The notes: generated by a model not told the origin, from the letters alone. A stretch of 64,000 nucleotides of DNA from Candidatus Poribacteria bacterium (GCA_965242965.1 OZ251518.1:1504001-1568000), one strand, 5' to 3'. Shown: positions 1 through 9,664, counted from the stretch's first letter. A program made the numbers and translations.

Positions 1-560
1 AAGGCGTAAAGTCCGCGGGTTGTTATCGTGTAAAGTTCCGCGCCTGTCCCGATGAGCCATTCCCTTTCCAACAGGAATTCGATGGCGGAATTCACTTCAT
101 CCTCGGTAATGCGGATATCGGTGAGGAGGTGCTTCGCTACGGCGGCGTTCGGGAAAATCTTGGTGCGGCTCTTCAGCAGGGGGTAAGCCTGAACAGGTTT
201 ATCCATCGCCAGCAGTTTGATCCCAGTGGCGATACGGAAGAGGGAGACGATCGCGTCGCTGTTTTTGCGTGACATCTCATCGGCGACGAATTCTCGATGC
301 TGCGAGAAGTGTTGATTGAGTTCGTCTATCGCGCTACGGATATCGGCGTTCTCCGGTTCAAGCTGATGCGCTTGTGCGAGAAACCGTTGCGCCGCGAAGA
401 GTTCGTTCCATTCGCGGTAGATAGCACCGAGTCGGAAATTGGCGTGCGCAAGCGTCGCCGTTTCGTCAGTTGTGCCGAGAAGGGTATCGTAAGCACAAAT
501 CGCTTCGGCGAGGGATCCCTCAGTCTCTAGCGTTTGGGTGTGGTGAATTGCGTTTTGCAT
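1..560 (-). CDS. TPR-like hypothetical protein, runs off the window edge (not in the ORF track)
   Basis: Read manually. ATG at 560 gives MQNAIHHTQTLETEGSLAEAICAYDTLL...AHANFRLGAIYREWNELFAAQRFLAQAHQLEPENADIRSA, a TPR-like helix pair, open to position 1. Confidence 0.7.
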   Translation of the reverse strand, partial: MQNAIHHTQTLETEGSLAEAICAYDTLLGTTDETATLAHANFRLGAIYREWNELFAAQRFLAQAHQLEPENADIRSAIDELNQHFSQHREFVADEMSRKNSDAIVSLFRIATGIKLLAMDKPVQAYPLLKSRTKIFPNAAVAKHLLTDIRITEDEVNSAIEFLLEREWLIGTGAELYTITTRGLYA

Positions 561-565
561 ATCGG

Positions 566-781
566 TTATGACAGTTCCGGGGCAGTGAGCCATTCTTCTG
601 TCGCAGCGGCGAATGCCTCGGAAAGTTCCGTAGAGACGGTCTGCTCCAGCACCTGAACCAGGTCTTCGCGAAATTTCGCCCAATCGCTGCCGCGGCGCGT
701 ATACCGAAGCCTATCGTCAATTTCGACAAACATGGTGTCGTTTGGTGTGGACATGGATTCAAAATAACGGGTGACATTCAT
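566..781 (-). CDS. small hypothetical protein (71 aa)
   Basis: ATG at 781 (MNVTRYFESM...) with an AGGAGA RBS upstream; closely packed between the HAD gene and the TPR gene. Confidence 0.65.
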   Translation of the reverse strand: MNVTRYFESMSTPNDTMFVEIDDRLRYTRRGSDWAKFREDLVQVLEQTVSTELSEAFAAATEEWLTAPELS

Positions 782-863
782 GAATTTTTCTCCTTTAGTC
801 GGGCGGATATGAACGACATCCGCCTTTACAGTTTGGTGGTTGCATCCTACAACTAACTGCCGC

Positions 864-1565
864 TTACCATTCACGCATTTCCCATCCGGCGGCGATTGCT
901 TTCTCGCGGAGGGATTTTCCCGGGTTCACCACCACGGGATTGCCGACGCATGCTAACATCGGCAGGTCAGACTGACTATCGCCGTAGGCGTAACAATTCT
1001 CTAATGCGATGCCGTGTTCTTCGGCGAAGGCTTTCATCGCTTTCGCCTTCTCCTCACCGATGAGTGGCGGTGTTGTCAGTTCACCGGTGAACCGCCCGGC
1101 TTCTTCGCGGAGCTGCGGTGCTAACACGGAGTCAACGTCAAGGAATTCGGCAAGCGGTTGGATAATAAAATCCAGCGAACCGGTCACGAGGACGATTGCC
1201 GTGCCTTGCTCCTTGTGTTCCTGAATTTGCGATATGGCGGCGGGAAAGATTTTGGCGCGCAGATAGTCCTCAAACATTTCCTGAGATAACGCCTTCACGC
1301 TTTCCGCGTCCATCCCGCGGTAGTTTTGATAGAATACCTCGTTGAACCGCGTTCTGCTAATCCGGTCCAAAATCAGGTAATGAACGATTTTGGGGAGGAA
1401 TGCTGCCAACCACAACGGTTTCAAAAAGCGCGCCAGTTTTGCCGTGCGCAACCAGATGTAGTAATGCACAATCGTGGACTCCAAGAGCGTGCCATCTACG
1501 TCAAAGAACGCTATGGTTTTTTGTCCTTTTGCATTGCTTTCGTTAACTGTGGTTGGTGGAATCAC
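864..1565 (-). CDS. HAD-IB (SerB-like) phosphatase
   Basis: Motif I FFDVDGTL, motif II VTGS, motif IV YGDSQSD; GGAGG RBS. Confidence 0.9.
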   Translation of the reverse strand: MIPPTTVNESNAKGQKTIAFFDVDGTLLESTIVHYYIWLRTAKLARFLKPLWLAAFLPKIVHYLILDRISRTRFNEVFYQNYRGMDAESVKALSQEMFEDYLRAKIFPAAISQIQEHKEQGTAIVLVTGSLDFIIQPLAEFLDVDSVLAPQLREEAGRFTGELTTPPLIGEEKAKAMKAFAEEHGIALENCYAYGDSQSDLPMLACVGNPVVVNPGKSLREKAIAAGWEMREW

Positions 1566-1621
1566 GTCTTCCTCCGTATCTCCGCATGCGCTGTTGTTGC
1601 ATGCTAGGTTCTTGCGTTAAT

Positions 1622-2193
1622 TGAGGGTGTTTCATAAATCGCTCAACGTCGCGGTGACAGGCCCTTGCTACGGCGAAAAACGCCGCCCCTTTACGTAGGG
1701 CGAGGGCCTGTCCCTCGCCATCGTCCGCGCAATCCAACGATCGCGGGGGACAGGCCCCCGCGCTACGGTAACGGGACGGTTTCTTCACAAAACGGCCCCT
1801 TTCATCGTAGGGCGAGGGCCTGTCCCTCGCCGTGCCCCGGTCTGCGCAGCAACCATCCGGGGTCTCTGGGCTGCGGCCGTTTTCCGCAGCGGTCGAGAGA
1901 TCGCGGGGGACAGGCCCCCGCGCTACGGGTGGAGAACCCCCCTTCACCGTAGGGCGAGGGCCTGTCCCTCGCCATGCACGATCTGAGCATCAAGCATCCG
2001 TGGTACCTGGGCTGCGGGCGTTTTCCGCGGCGGTTGCGAGATCGCGGGGGACAGGCCCCCGCGCTACGGGCGGAGAAAAGCCCCCCTTCACCGTAGGGCG
2101 AGGGCCTGTCCCTCGCCATCGCTCGCGCTACGGGAACATCGAGACCAGGATAGCTCTCCTACCGGGAAGACATCGAGATATGAAACATCCTCA
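1622..2193. mobile_element. MITE-like REP cassette 1 (15-bp TIR, 6-bp TSD GTTAAT)
   Basis: TGAGGGTGTTTCATA at 1622 and TATGAAACATCCTCA ending at 2193; GTTAAT on both flanks (1616-1621, 2194-2199); interior is alternating GTAG hairpins. Confidence 0.8.
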
Positions 2194-5100
2194 GTTAATT
2201 TTTTTCCTATGCGTTGATAGGGTTGCGCCAAGTGCTGCGACTCGGCTTTGAGCCTGTTCAAGAAAAACTTGGTATTTGTCCGCGTCTCTATGCGTTTCGC
2301 GGGTGTGCATATCAAAAGTCAACGGCGCGCCGAAAACTATCCGCACGGGATGCTTTTTTGGCAGATTTTTCCCCTTCGGCAGCGCGCGATAGGTGCCGTC
2401 TATATACGCCGGGATAATCGGCACGTCAGGCGCATAAATCAGCAGACTAAGCACACCCTGTTTGAACGGCTGGAGGTTCCCGTCAAGCGAACGAGTGCCT
2501 TCGGGGAAGACGAGCAGTCCATTGTTTTGCGCCATTACCTCGTTTGCTACGCGCAAATCTTGGAGGAACTCGGTGAAGTTCCCTTCACGTTCGATCGGCA
2601 AAGCGTTGAGACAGGTGCGCGCAAACCAGCCTTGCAGACGGTTGCCGAACCAATAATCGCGCGCCGCAAGTGTCCAGAGCTGATACGCCTTCGGACCGAG
2701 GGCGGTTATCACCGCTAGCGTATCTAAATGACTGGTATGATTCGGCGTGATGATATACGGCTTCCCCTGCGGGATATGCTCCAGCCCGTGGCACTCCAGA
2801 GAGAAATAGTGCTTATAGATGCCGCGGACAATGGCGCGGAAGGCGCGCGCATACCACCGCGGCACCTGCCGAAAATCGAGTGCCTCCACAGGCTCGCGAG
2901 GTTCTGTGCCATTTTCGACATCCGAGGCGTGGAACGTCTGTGTCAATTCAACGACATCGCCGACTGTCTGTAAATTGGCGAGCATCGCGTCGGGGATGGT
3001 GTGGCCGAGGCGCGCCTCAAGCAGAAGCAGCAGATCCAAGCGCATGAGCGAATCTAACCCCAGGTCTGTATCTAAACGGCTTTCTGGGCGAATTTGGTTT
3101 ATGCCGAGGCGCGCCAACCGCGCTAGCGACGTTAAAATTTCTTCCGGAACATCCGCTGAAGGTTCAATTTCGTCATCTGCAGACGCGCTTTCTACGCGGG
3201 CAAGGTGCGCCTGAAGCATCGCCTTGACACGCTGCCTATCCGGAATGCCATCGGCAGTCTTCGGTAGTGCTTCTTCCCACAGATGCGTTTTGTGAAAGTG
3301 TTGATAACTGGGTAGCTGTTTGGCGCGCGCCTGAAGGTGTTGTTGAATTGCCTCTTCGGTTACGCGCGAGGCTGTCTCTGTAGGCACAATCACGGCGTGA
3401 ATGGCGGTATCGCTGCTGTCTTCATAAGGGATGCCGACGACGCACATCTCCGAAATCGCCGAATGATTCCGATAAAGTGCCTCCAATTCAACAGGATACA
3501 CATTTTTGCCGGCGGCCGGGACGATAATATCCTTGCAATGTCCCGTGATATAGAGGTATCCGTCCGCGTCCAGGAACCCCAGGTCTCCCGTATAGAGCCA
3601 TCCATCGCGAATGGATTTCGCCGTAGCGTTCGGATTCTCGTAGTATCCCTTCATCGTGCTGGGGCCTTTGGCGATAATCTCGCCGATGCCGTTGCTGTCA
3701 GGATCGTGGATGTGGAGTTCCACGCCTTCCACCGCCTGTCCGACAGAGCCTCGCTTGCTTTTCAGATACGGATTAACGCTGAGGACCGGGGCGGTTTCTG
3801 TCATTCCATAGCCTTGGTAAAGCGTGAGTCCAAGTGCCTGAAATTCATCGTAGATTGCGTCGGAGAGCGCGGCACCGCCGCTGACAAGCACCCGAATCTC
3901 GCCGCCCATAACGTTGCGTGCCTTCTCAGCCAAAGTTTGCCCCGGCGTTTCTGCCCGCGATGCCTGCCGTTTGATAGTGCTTTGGAGCATCTGAAAGAGG
4001 CGTGGCACGCCGATGAAGGCGGTGATTTTCGCCTCTCGCATCGTCTTGAGGAGCGTAGTCGGACGGAGCGCGTTGACGTAAATCGCCGTGGTGCCGCTAT
4101 AAAGTGCCATCAACAGACTGCACGAGAAACTCAAGGCGTGATACAGCGGGAGCGCGGAGAGGATGCGTTCGTTATCCTTCGGCGGCAGTGCCTTCGCAAC
4201 GGCGCGAACGTTAGAAATAAACCCACCGTGCGTCAACATCGCGCCTTTCGCGTCCACCGTCGTTCCCATCGTGAAAATAATCGAAGCGACGGTATCCGGC
4301 GTAATCTCCACGTTCGGGAAATCGGTAGGCATCTCCGATGTCGTTGTCAGTTCGTTGATGTTCTGCACCTGCGGTTTTGCCGATGCTAATTCGTCGCTGT
4401 ATTTCGCCAAGACGCTATCGGATACCAAAATGGATTTGGCTTCGGTGAATTCAGCGATGGCTAAGATTTCGGATGCCGGCGTTTGCGCGTCAAGTGGGAC
4501 TACTGCCGTACCGAGTTGGACAGCGGCGAGATAGGCGATGCACCACTCCGGCTGGTTCTCCGAAACGAGCAGGGCCCTGTCCCCTTTGCGGAGGCCGCTC
4601 TGCCACAATTGATACGCCGTTTGGCGCGAACGTTCGTAGGTTTCCGCGTAGGTATATTGCTCCCACTCCCCATCGTTTACCATCAGCAGCGCGATGTTGT
4701 TGGGAATGCGCTTTGCCTGTATCTCAACCAAATCGACGATGGTTTTCGGTGAAATCCGCTCGATCGGGTTCTCGGCATCCGTAGGAGAGACATCCCGCTC
4801 TTGATGGCTCCCCCGTGAAATCCTGTCAATGGGGTTTTCGGCATCCGGAGGAACTGTTTCAGTTGTTTCAGTCGATGCTTCCGCTTCATCGTCGGCATCG
4901 GATTGACTCTGTCGCGCCGAGGGAGTTTCACCTGCGGTTGGCTCTTCCAGTTTCAGCACGTGCCGCTTGATGCCGGGAATGTGGATTTCCTGGAAATACT
5001 GCTTCCAGTGGATCTGCGAGACATCAAAGTTAAAGCGTTGCTGTTCAGGCGGGGAGAGTGCCTCCCAGAGTGCCTGCGTTTTCCGCGTCTCGAATTCAAA

Positions 5101-6531
5101 GTTGGTGCGGGTGTAGGGCGCGTAAATACGGATGTAGTGGAGCAGTGCCTTGATACTGCTCTGCTTCACGACAAGTCTGCGGCGGCGGCGTTTTGCGGCG
5201 CGCAACGGCAACCGCGCGAGTGCCTGAATTGCCTTGTCAAGCATCCGCATCCGGCTGTCCAATTTCCGCTGAAATTCCGCTAAACTGGGATACTGCCAGA
5301 CAGGCACCTGAATCGGTTTGCCGTTTTCTAGCATAGGATTTTCGACAAAATAGTCGTAGGTTGCGTCAACGATGCCGCGGAAATAGAGGGGGTTCTGCGT
5401 GCCGGTAGCAACGTGATATACCTCAATCCCGCCGTTCCGCACAGTGGCTTCGGCGGCCGCCAACATGGCGTTCACAACGAAATCAACGGGGATAATATCA
5501 AGGATAATATCCGGTTCTGCCGGAAAATCAGGTAAACGTCCCTTTGCAAAACCGACAATCAGCGGTTCTGACATCCGAAACTTGCCGAGCCATCCCGGCA
5601 CGGGTTCCGCGAGACTGCTCTCAATGATGGAAGGACGGATAATCGCCGTGGGCAGTTCGCCGCGCAATTCTATCACCATCTGTTCGGCGAGGAATTTCAT
5701 GTAGGTATAGGTATCGTTCCACCCGCGCGAACGCGCATGCTTCAACCCTGCCTCTACCAATTCCGCTTCAAGCCATTCGGCTTGTGCCTCGTTAACTCGC
5801 GCTTCAAGTTTCTTGCGGCTGCCCTGTTTATTCTGCTCCGCCTCTCGTTGAAACTGCGCGCGGCGTTCCGGTGAGTCCGCCTCGGCGTGGATTGCCGCGC
5901 TCAAGGCATGCAACTCCTCAACTTCCGCCGAGAGCGTTTGCGGGATGGCAACGCCTGTTTTCTCCTGATGTTGCTTGGCGTAGACTTCATAAGGCGGCGG
6001 GAGCTCCTCCTGCACGCGCCCCGGAGTGTCACCGCAAACATACGCCGTTGAGACATGCAGAAATGCAGCGTTCTGGCAGCCCTTCGCGAAGGTGACGACG
6101 TGCTTGGCGGCCAAAGCGTTGCCCCTTAACGATTCGTCAAACGGCGGATCGAATTGAACAACACCGGCGATGTTAATGAAGAGCTCCACTTCGCCTTGCA
6201 GCCGTTGGTATTCTGCGTCGCCGAGACCGAGGCGTTCGTCCGTGAGCTCGCCTTCAACGGCGAACAACTTCTGCTTCGCCCACGCATCAAAATTTGCGCC
6301 GTGGTGTTGGCGGAGAGACGCAAACACATCCGAGGTTAACAACTCGTTTTCTAACCGTTCTTGTGCCGAGATGCGTCTCCCACTGGCATCGGCGCGGCAT
6401 CGGATGAGCAGATACATTTTATGGACATCGGGAAGCGCGGTCAGAATTTTGGCAACCATCGGCTGACCGAGGAAGGCGGTGCCGCCCGTAATGAAGAGAA
6501 CCTTCCCGCGAAAAAAATCGGCTATTGACAT
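2191..6531 (-). CDS. ElbD-like multidomain lipid enzyme: fatty acyl reductase + adenylation (ACS) + ACP + PlsC-type acyltransferase
   Basis: N-terminal FAR (ITGGTAFLG, WNDTYTYMK, IIPVDFVVNA); AMP-binding (YGMTETAP, LYTGDLG); ACP GLDSL; acyltransferase NHTSHLD and FPEGTRS. Confidence 0.9.
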   Translation of the reverse strand: MSIADFFRGKVLFITGGTAFLGQPMVAKILTALPDVHKMYLLIRCRADASGRRISAQERLENELLTSDVFASLRQHHGANFDAWAKQKLFAVEGELTDERLGLGDAEYQRLQGEVELFINIAGVVQFDPPFDESLRGNALAAKHVVTFAKGCQNAAFLHVSTAYVCGDTPGRVQEELPPPYEVYAKQHQEKTGVAIPQTLSAEVEELHALSAAIHAEADSPERRAQFQREAEQNKQGSRKKLEARVNEAQAEWLEAELVEAGLKHARSRGWNDTYTYMKFLAEQMVIELRGELPTAIIRPSIIESSLAEPVPGWLGKFRMSEPLIVGFAKGRLPDFPAEPDIILDIIPVDFVVNAMLAAAEATVRNGGIEVYHVATGTQNPLYFRGIVDATYDYFVENPMLENGKPIQVPVWQYPSLAEFQRKLDSRMRMLDKAIQALARLPLRAAKRRRRRLVVKQSSIKALLHYIRIYAPYTRTNFEFETRKTQALWEALSPPEQQRFNFDVSQIHWKQYFQEIHIPGIKRHVLKLEEPTAGETPSARQSQSDADDEAEASTETTETVPPDAENPIDRISRGSHQERDVSPTDAENPIERISPKTIVDLVEIQAKRIPNNIALLMVNDGEWEQYTYAETYERSRQTAYQLWQSGLRKGDRALLVSENQPEWCIAYLAAVQLGTAVVPLDAQTPASEILAIAEFTEAKSILVSDSVLAKYSDELASAKPQVQNINELTTTSEMPTDFPNVEITPDTVASIIFTMGTTVDAKGAMLTHGGFISNVRAVAKALPPKDNERILSALPLYHALSFSCSLLMALYSGTTAIYVNALRPTTLLKTMREAKITAFIGVPRLFQMLQSTIKRQASRAETPGQTLAEKARNVMGGEIRVLVSGGAALSDAIYDEFQALGLTLYQGYGMTETAPVLSVNPYLKSKRGSVGQAVEGVELHIHDPDSNGIGEIIAKGPSTMKGYYENPNATAKSIRDGWLYTGDLGFLDADGYLYITGHCKDIIVPAAGKNVYPVELEALYRNHSAISEMCVVGIPYEDSSDTAIHAVIVPTETASRVTEEAIQQHLQARAKQLPSYQHFHKTHLWEEALPKTADGIPDRQRVKAMLQAHLARVESASADDEIEPSADVPEEILTSLARLARLGINQIRPESRLDTDLGLDSLMRLDLLLLLEARLGHTIPDAMLANLQTVGDVVELTQTFHASDVENGTEPREPVEALDFRQVPRWYARAFRAIVRGIYKHYFSLECHGLEHIPQGKPYIITPNHTSHLDTLAVITALGPKAYQLWTLAARDYWFGNRLQGWFARTCLNALPIEREGNFTEFLQDLRVANEVMAQNNGLLVFPEGTRSLDGNLQPFKQGVLSLLIYAPDVPIIPAYIDGTYRALPKGKNLPKKHPVRIVFGAPLTFDMHTRETHRDADKYQVFLEQAQSRVAALGATLSTHRKKIN

Positions 6532-6835
6532 AATTTCCTTTTCGTGTTATCATTCATAAAAGTGATACGACATGACATGTTGCGCCAGAGCCATTTGTGT
6601 TCTCCTGCGCGGACAGTTATTGACAACTGTCCTGACAGGGACACGTCTCTAGACCCGGCGTGCATCGAGACCGGGAGGTCTCTCCTACGTCCTGACAGGG
6701 ACCCGTCTATAGGACAGAGAGCCATTTAGGTTTTCCTGCAGGCATCGGCGCGCTGAATCGCTCTGTGTTGAATCTGCGTTTTTTGCAAGAATTGTAACGA
6801 ATTTTCTCTAAAAAGTCAAGAGGACTGAATGGACG

Positions 6836-8023
6836 ATGCGAACCGAAGAAGATAAACTCCGATTTTTGCGGGAGACCGCGCTGTTTTCGGCACTCCCCCA
6901 GACAGAATTAAAGTTAATCTGCGATATCGCTCGCGAGGTAACTTACCCCGCCGAGGAAACGCTGTTTGAAGAAGGCGACCAGGGTGATTCGCTTTACCTA
7001 CTCATCAACGGCGAAGTCAGCATCATCAAGGCAGAAACCGAAGTGCTGTCCTTCGATGAAACCGGGTATTGCATCGGCGAGATAGCCCTGATTGATAACC
7101 AGCCGCGGAGTGCCACCGTCAAAACGGTAGTTCCAACGCGGTTCCTACAGATTACCCGGCACGATTTCCTGCAGGCGATGAAACGGGAGACGCTGATCGG
7201 TATCGGCATGTTTCGGGTGCTGAACGACAAAATCCGGCGCGACCTGGAAATTCAGATGGATGCTATCCGCAAGGATAGTGCGCAGGAAGAATCGATGCGC
7301 CTCGCCGCGGAGGTGCAACAATCCATTCTGCCTAACGAAGAAATTGCTACGTCGTGTTTAACCTCCGCCGGGTATTGCAAACCGACGAATAGCGTCGGCG
7401 GCGACTATTACGATTATCTCTATCTACCGCAAGACAGGGTGGCACTCTTCCTCGGCGATGTGATGGGACACGGCTACCACTCGGCGATGGTGGCGGCGAT
7501 GACCAAAAGTTGTTTGCAAACCCAAATCCGCTTTGACGCTTCGGTGCCGGAAGTCATGAAGGCTGTCAACCGCGTCGCAGAGGAAGACGCACAGGCGTTT
7601 ATATACCAGACCTGCTGTTACGTCATCGTTCATCCGGATAATCGGCTGGAGTTCGCCAACGCCGGGCATCCCGCGATGCTCCTCTTCCGTGCCGAACCGC
7701 AGACGGAGCCGCTTGAGTTGAAATCTGCCTTTACGCCGCTTGGCACCTCCAAATTCCTGTTGCAGTCAGAGACAACCTACTGTAGCACGGAGTTGGCGTG
7801 GCATCCGGGTGATTTGCTCGTCCTTTACTCCGATGGCATCACTGAAGCGTTTAACACTGCATCTGAAATGTATGGGCTAGAACGTTTCAAAACCTTGTTA
7901 TCTGAAAAGCGGCATCTATCTGCTGCCGAAATCAAGCAGGAAGTTCTGGCAGACCTGGGGGCGCATCAGCGGGGTGCCGCTGCAAACGATGATATTACGC
8001 TAATTATTGCGAAGTTCCGGTAG
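6836..8023 (+). CDS. cyclic-nucleotide-binding domain + SpoIIE/PP2C (RsbU-like) serine phosphatase
   Basis: cNMP domain (GEIALIDNQPRSATV); PP2C motifs VGGDYYD, GDVMGHG, NAGHP, YSDGITEA, DDIT. Confidence 0.9.
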   Translation: MRTEEDKLRFLRETALFSALPQTELKLICDIAREVTYPAEETLFEEGDQGDSLYLLINGEVSIIKAETEVLSFDETGYCIGEIALIDNQPRSATVKTVVPTRFLQITRHDFLQAMKRETLIGIGMFRVLNDKIRRDLEIQMDAIRKDSAQEESMRLAAEVQQSILPNEEIATSCLTSAGYCKPTNSVGGDYYDYLYLPQDRVALFLGDVMGHGYHSAMVAAMTKSCLQTQIRFDASVPEVMKAVNRVAEEDAQAFIYQTCCYVIVHPDNRLEFANAGHPAMLLFRAEPQTEPLELKSAFTPLGTSKFLLQSETTYCSTELAWHPGDLLVLYSDGITEAFNTASEMYGLERFKTLLSEKRHLSAAEIKQEVLADLGAHQRGAAANDDITLIIAKFR

Positions 8024-8048
8024 TCATACCGTACGCCGCCGCATTCCC

Positions 8049-8262
8049 GTAGCGCGGGGGCCTGTCCCCCGCGATCGTCCCTTTCACCGTAGCGCGGGGG
8101 CCTGTCCCCCGCGATCGTTGCATGGCGAGGGACAGGCCCTCGCCCTACGGTAAGACGTGGCGTTTTTTAACCGTAGCGCGGGGGCCTGTCCCCCGCGAAC
8201 GTTGGAGGATGCGACGGCTTCCCTACAACCGTAGCGCGGGGGCCTGTCCCCCGCGAACGTTG
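8049..8262. repeat. REP hairpin cluster between convergent genes
   Basis: Four GTAGCGCGGGGGCCTGTCCCCCGCGA copies plus one inverted GTAGGGCGAGGGCCTGTCCCTCGCC. Confidence 0.9.
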
Positions 8263-8280
8263 GAGGATACGACAACTGCC

Positions 8281-9483
8281 CTACATCCGTCCCACCGCAT
8301 AATGCAGCAGATTCTCCATCAACGCCTTATTCATCTTCGTTGTATAATCACTATCGTTGCGGAGACTCGTGATGATATAGTGCCCCTTGCCGTGCTTGCG
8401 CACGCCGACAACGAGTTCTTTCCCCTCCGGTGTCGTCGCCAAGATTTCATCGCGCCGCCCCCAGTCCTGCCATGCATCATCAATAAAGATTGTGCCGGAT
8501 TTAATCTTATTCGGTGTGGAGAAGAGCGAATTGCCCTTTTCTGTCACGGCGAAGTGTTGCGTCGGTGGGCTTTCTACGCCTTTCAGTTTGCCCTGTAGCC
8601 ATCCCGTGCCGCACGGGTGCGTCTCGCTGCTGTCTTGCCCGGTGACGATGACAATGCCGCCTTTCTTCACGAAGTCTCGGATTTTCTTCTCCGTTTCCGG
8701 CGAGAGATGATAGCGTCCGTAACTGGAGAGCTCCTCATATCCTATCCACAAGATATCCGCCTCGTAGAGTTTGACGAGTTGTCTGTCTTGCGTCGGTTCA
8801 TAGAATATGGGACGTTTCGCGGCTTCTTTTGTTGCGCGGAGTGCTTGATACTCATACGTCATCGTGTTGGTGTAAACCGGGACCTGGCTCCACATCGGGT
8901 TCGTGCTATTGCCGGTGAGGACGAGCACCTTCACAGCGTTTTCAGGCGCGCCTACCCACATTTTCCCGGCGAGCATATCCCGCACAATTTTTTGGAACGC
9001 CTTCGTTTTCCCATCAAACGTGCGCGACATCATCGCATCGATGTGCGTAAAACTCCACCACGAACCAGTGGCGCGTCTACTGCTAGAATAACCACGCATT
9101 TGAAACCACGTGTTATCAACAAAACACATGCTATCGATGCCATAATGTTGGCGGTAGAAAACAATGATGGGCATTCCCGGTTTCAGGATATTCGCCAGTT
9201 TCTCCGGCGAGGTGCCGCGTTTGTAGTGTCCGGTGGCGAAGTTCATATTAATTTCCTTCATACCACATTCGCCTTTGACATCTTCCTGAACGGTGACGAT
9301 ACCTCTCAGGCGGCGTTTATCAACGCTTTTGACTTCGCCGAAGACGATGTTAGTGCAGGCATCAACGACTTCGCGAATGGTATATTCCCGTTCAATAAAC
9401 GCGTCCGTTTCCACTGGTGCGAACAGCAGTCCGATGAGACAGAACGCGAGCAGCGCGGCGGTGAGGTTGTGTGTCCAATCCAC
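8281..9483 (-). CDS. secreted hypothetical protein, possible C-terminal glutamine-amidotransferase-like fold
   Basis: GTG at 9483 after GAGGAGG RBS; hydrophobic signal peptide (AALLAFCLIGLLFAP); C-terminal 'IRDFVKKGGIVIVTG' is typical of GATase-like/ThuA folds. Confidence 0.65.
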   Translation of the reverse strand: MDWTHNLTAALLAFCLIGLLFAPVETDAFIEREYTIREVVDACTNIVFGEVKSVDKRRLRGIVTVQEDVKGECGMKEINMNFATGHYKRGTSPEKLANILKPGMPIIVFYRQHYGIDSMCFVDNTWFQMRGYSSSRRATGSWWSFTHIDAMMSRTFDGKTKAFQKIVRDMLAGKMWVGAPENAVKVLVLTGNSTNPMWSQVPVYTNTMTYEYQALRATKEAAKRPIFYEPTQDRQLVKLYEADILWIGYEELSSYGRYHLSPETEKKIRDFVKKGGIVIVTGQDSSETHPCGTGWLQGKLKGVESPPTQHFAVTEKGNSLFSTPNKIKSGTIFIDDAWQDWGRRDEILATTPEGKELVVGVRKHGKGHYIITSLRNDSDYTTKMNKALMENLLHYAVGRM

Positions 9484-9575
9484 GGTAAGTTCCTCCTCGT
9501 TACGTAAGTTGGAATTTATTATAGCATATTTTGTCTGAATTTGGCAAGAAAAAAAACGCGCGGGAGCAGGAAAAA

Positions 9576-9604
9576 TTGACACAAAACCGCGCCTATGCTA
9601 ACAT
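9576..9604 (+). promoter_or_regulatory. sigma70-type promoter
   Basis: TTGACA-17 bp-TAACAT with an extended TG, 60 bp upstream of ORF 9665. Confidence 0.5.
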
Positions 9605-9664
9605 ATCCCCAAAATGCTTTTCTAGAAAAAACAGTGTTATGCGTCTTACAAGGAGACTTTCACG

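Noticed and set aside
1543-2315. Many short ORFs with ARDRPSPY / VARGPVPR / RSAGACPPR peptides across the window
   Set aside because: They are translations of REP hairpins. They also falsely extend the 5' ends of real ORFs (12478, 34337, 34763, 38880, 43325, 56944).
3337-4389. Long antisense ORFs (350 aa here; also 8617-9507, 58779-59882, 61311-62084)
   Set aside because: Shadows of well-supported genes in GC-rich DNA.
8049-8262. Regularly spaced palindromic repeats resembling a CRISPR array (also 34170-34320, 38629-38867, 54058-54268)
   Set aside because: Spacers are duplicated or related, orientations alternate, identical units are scattered in nearly every intergenic gap, and there is no leader or cas gene. 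These are REP/BIME-like.
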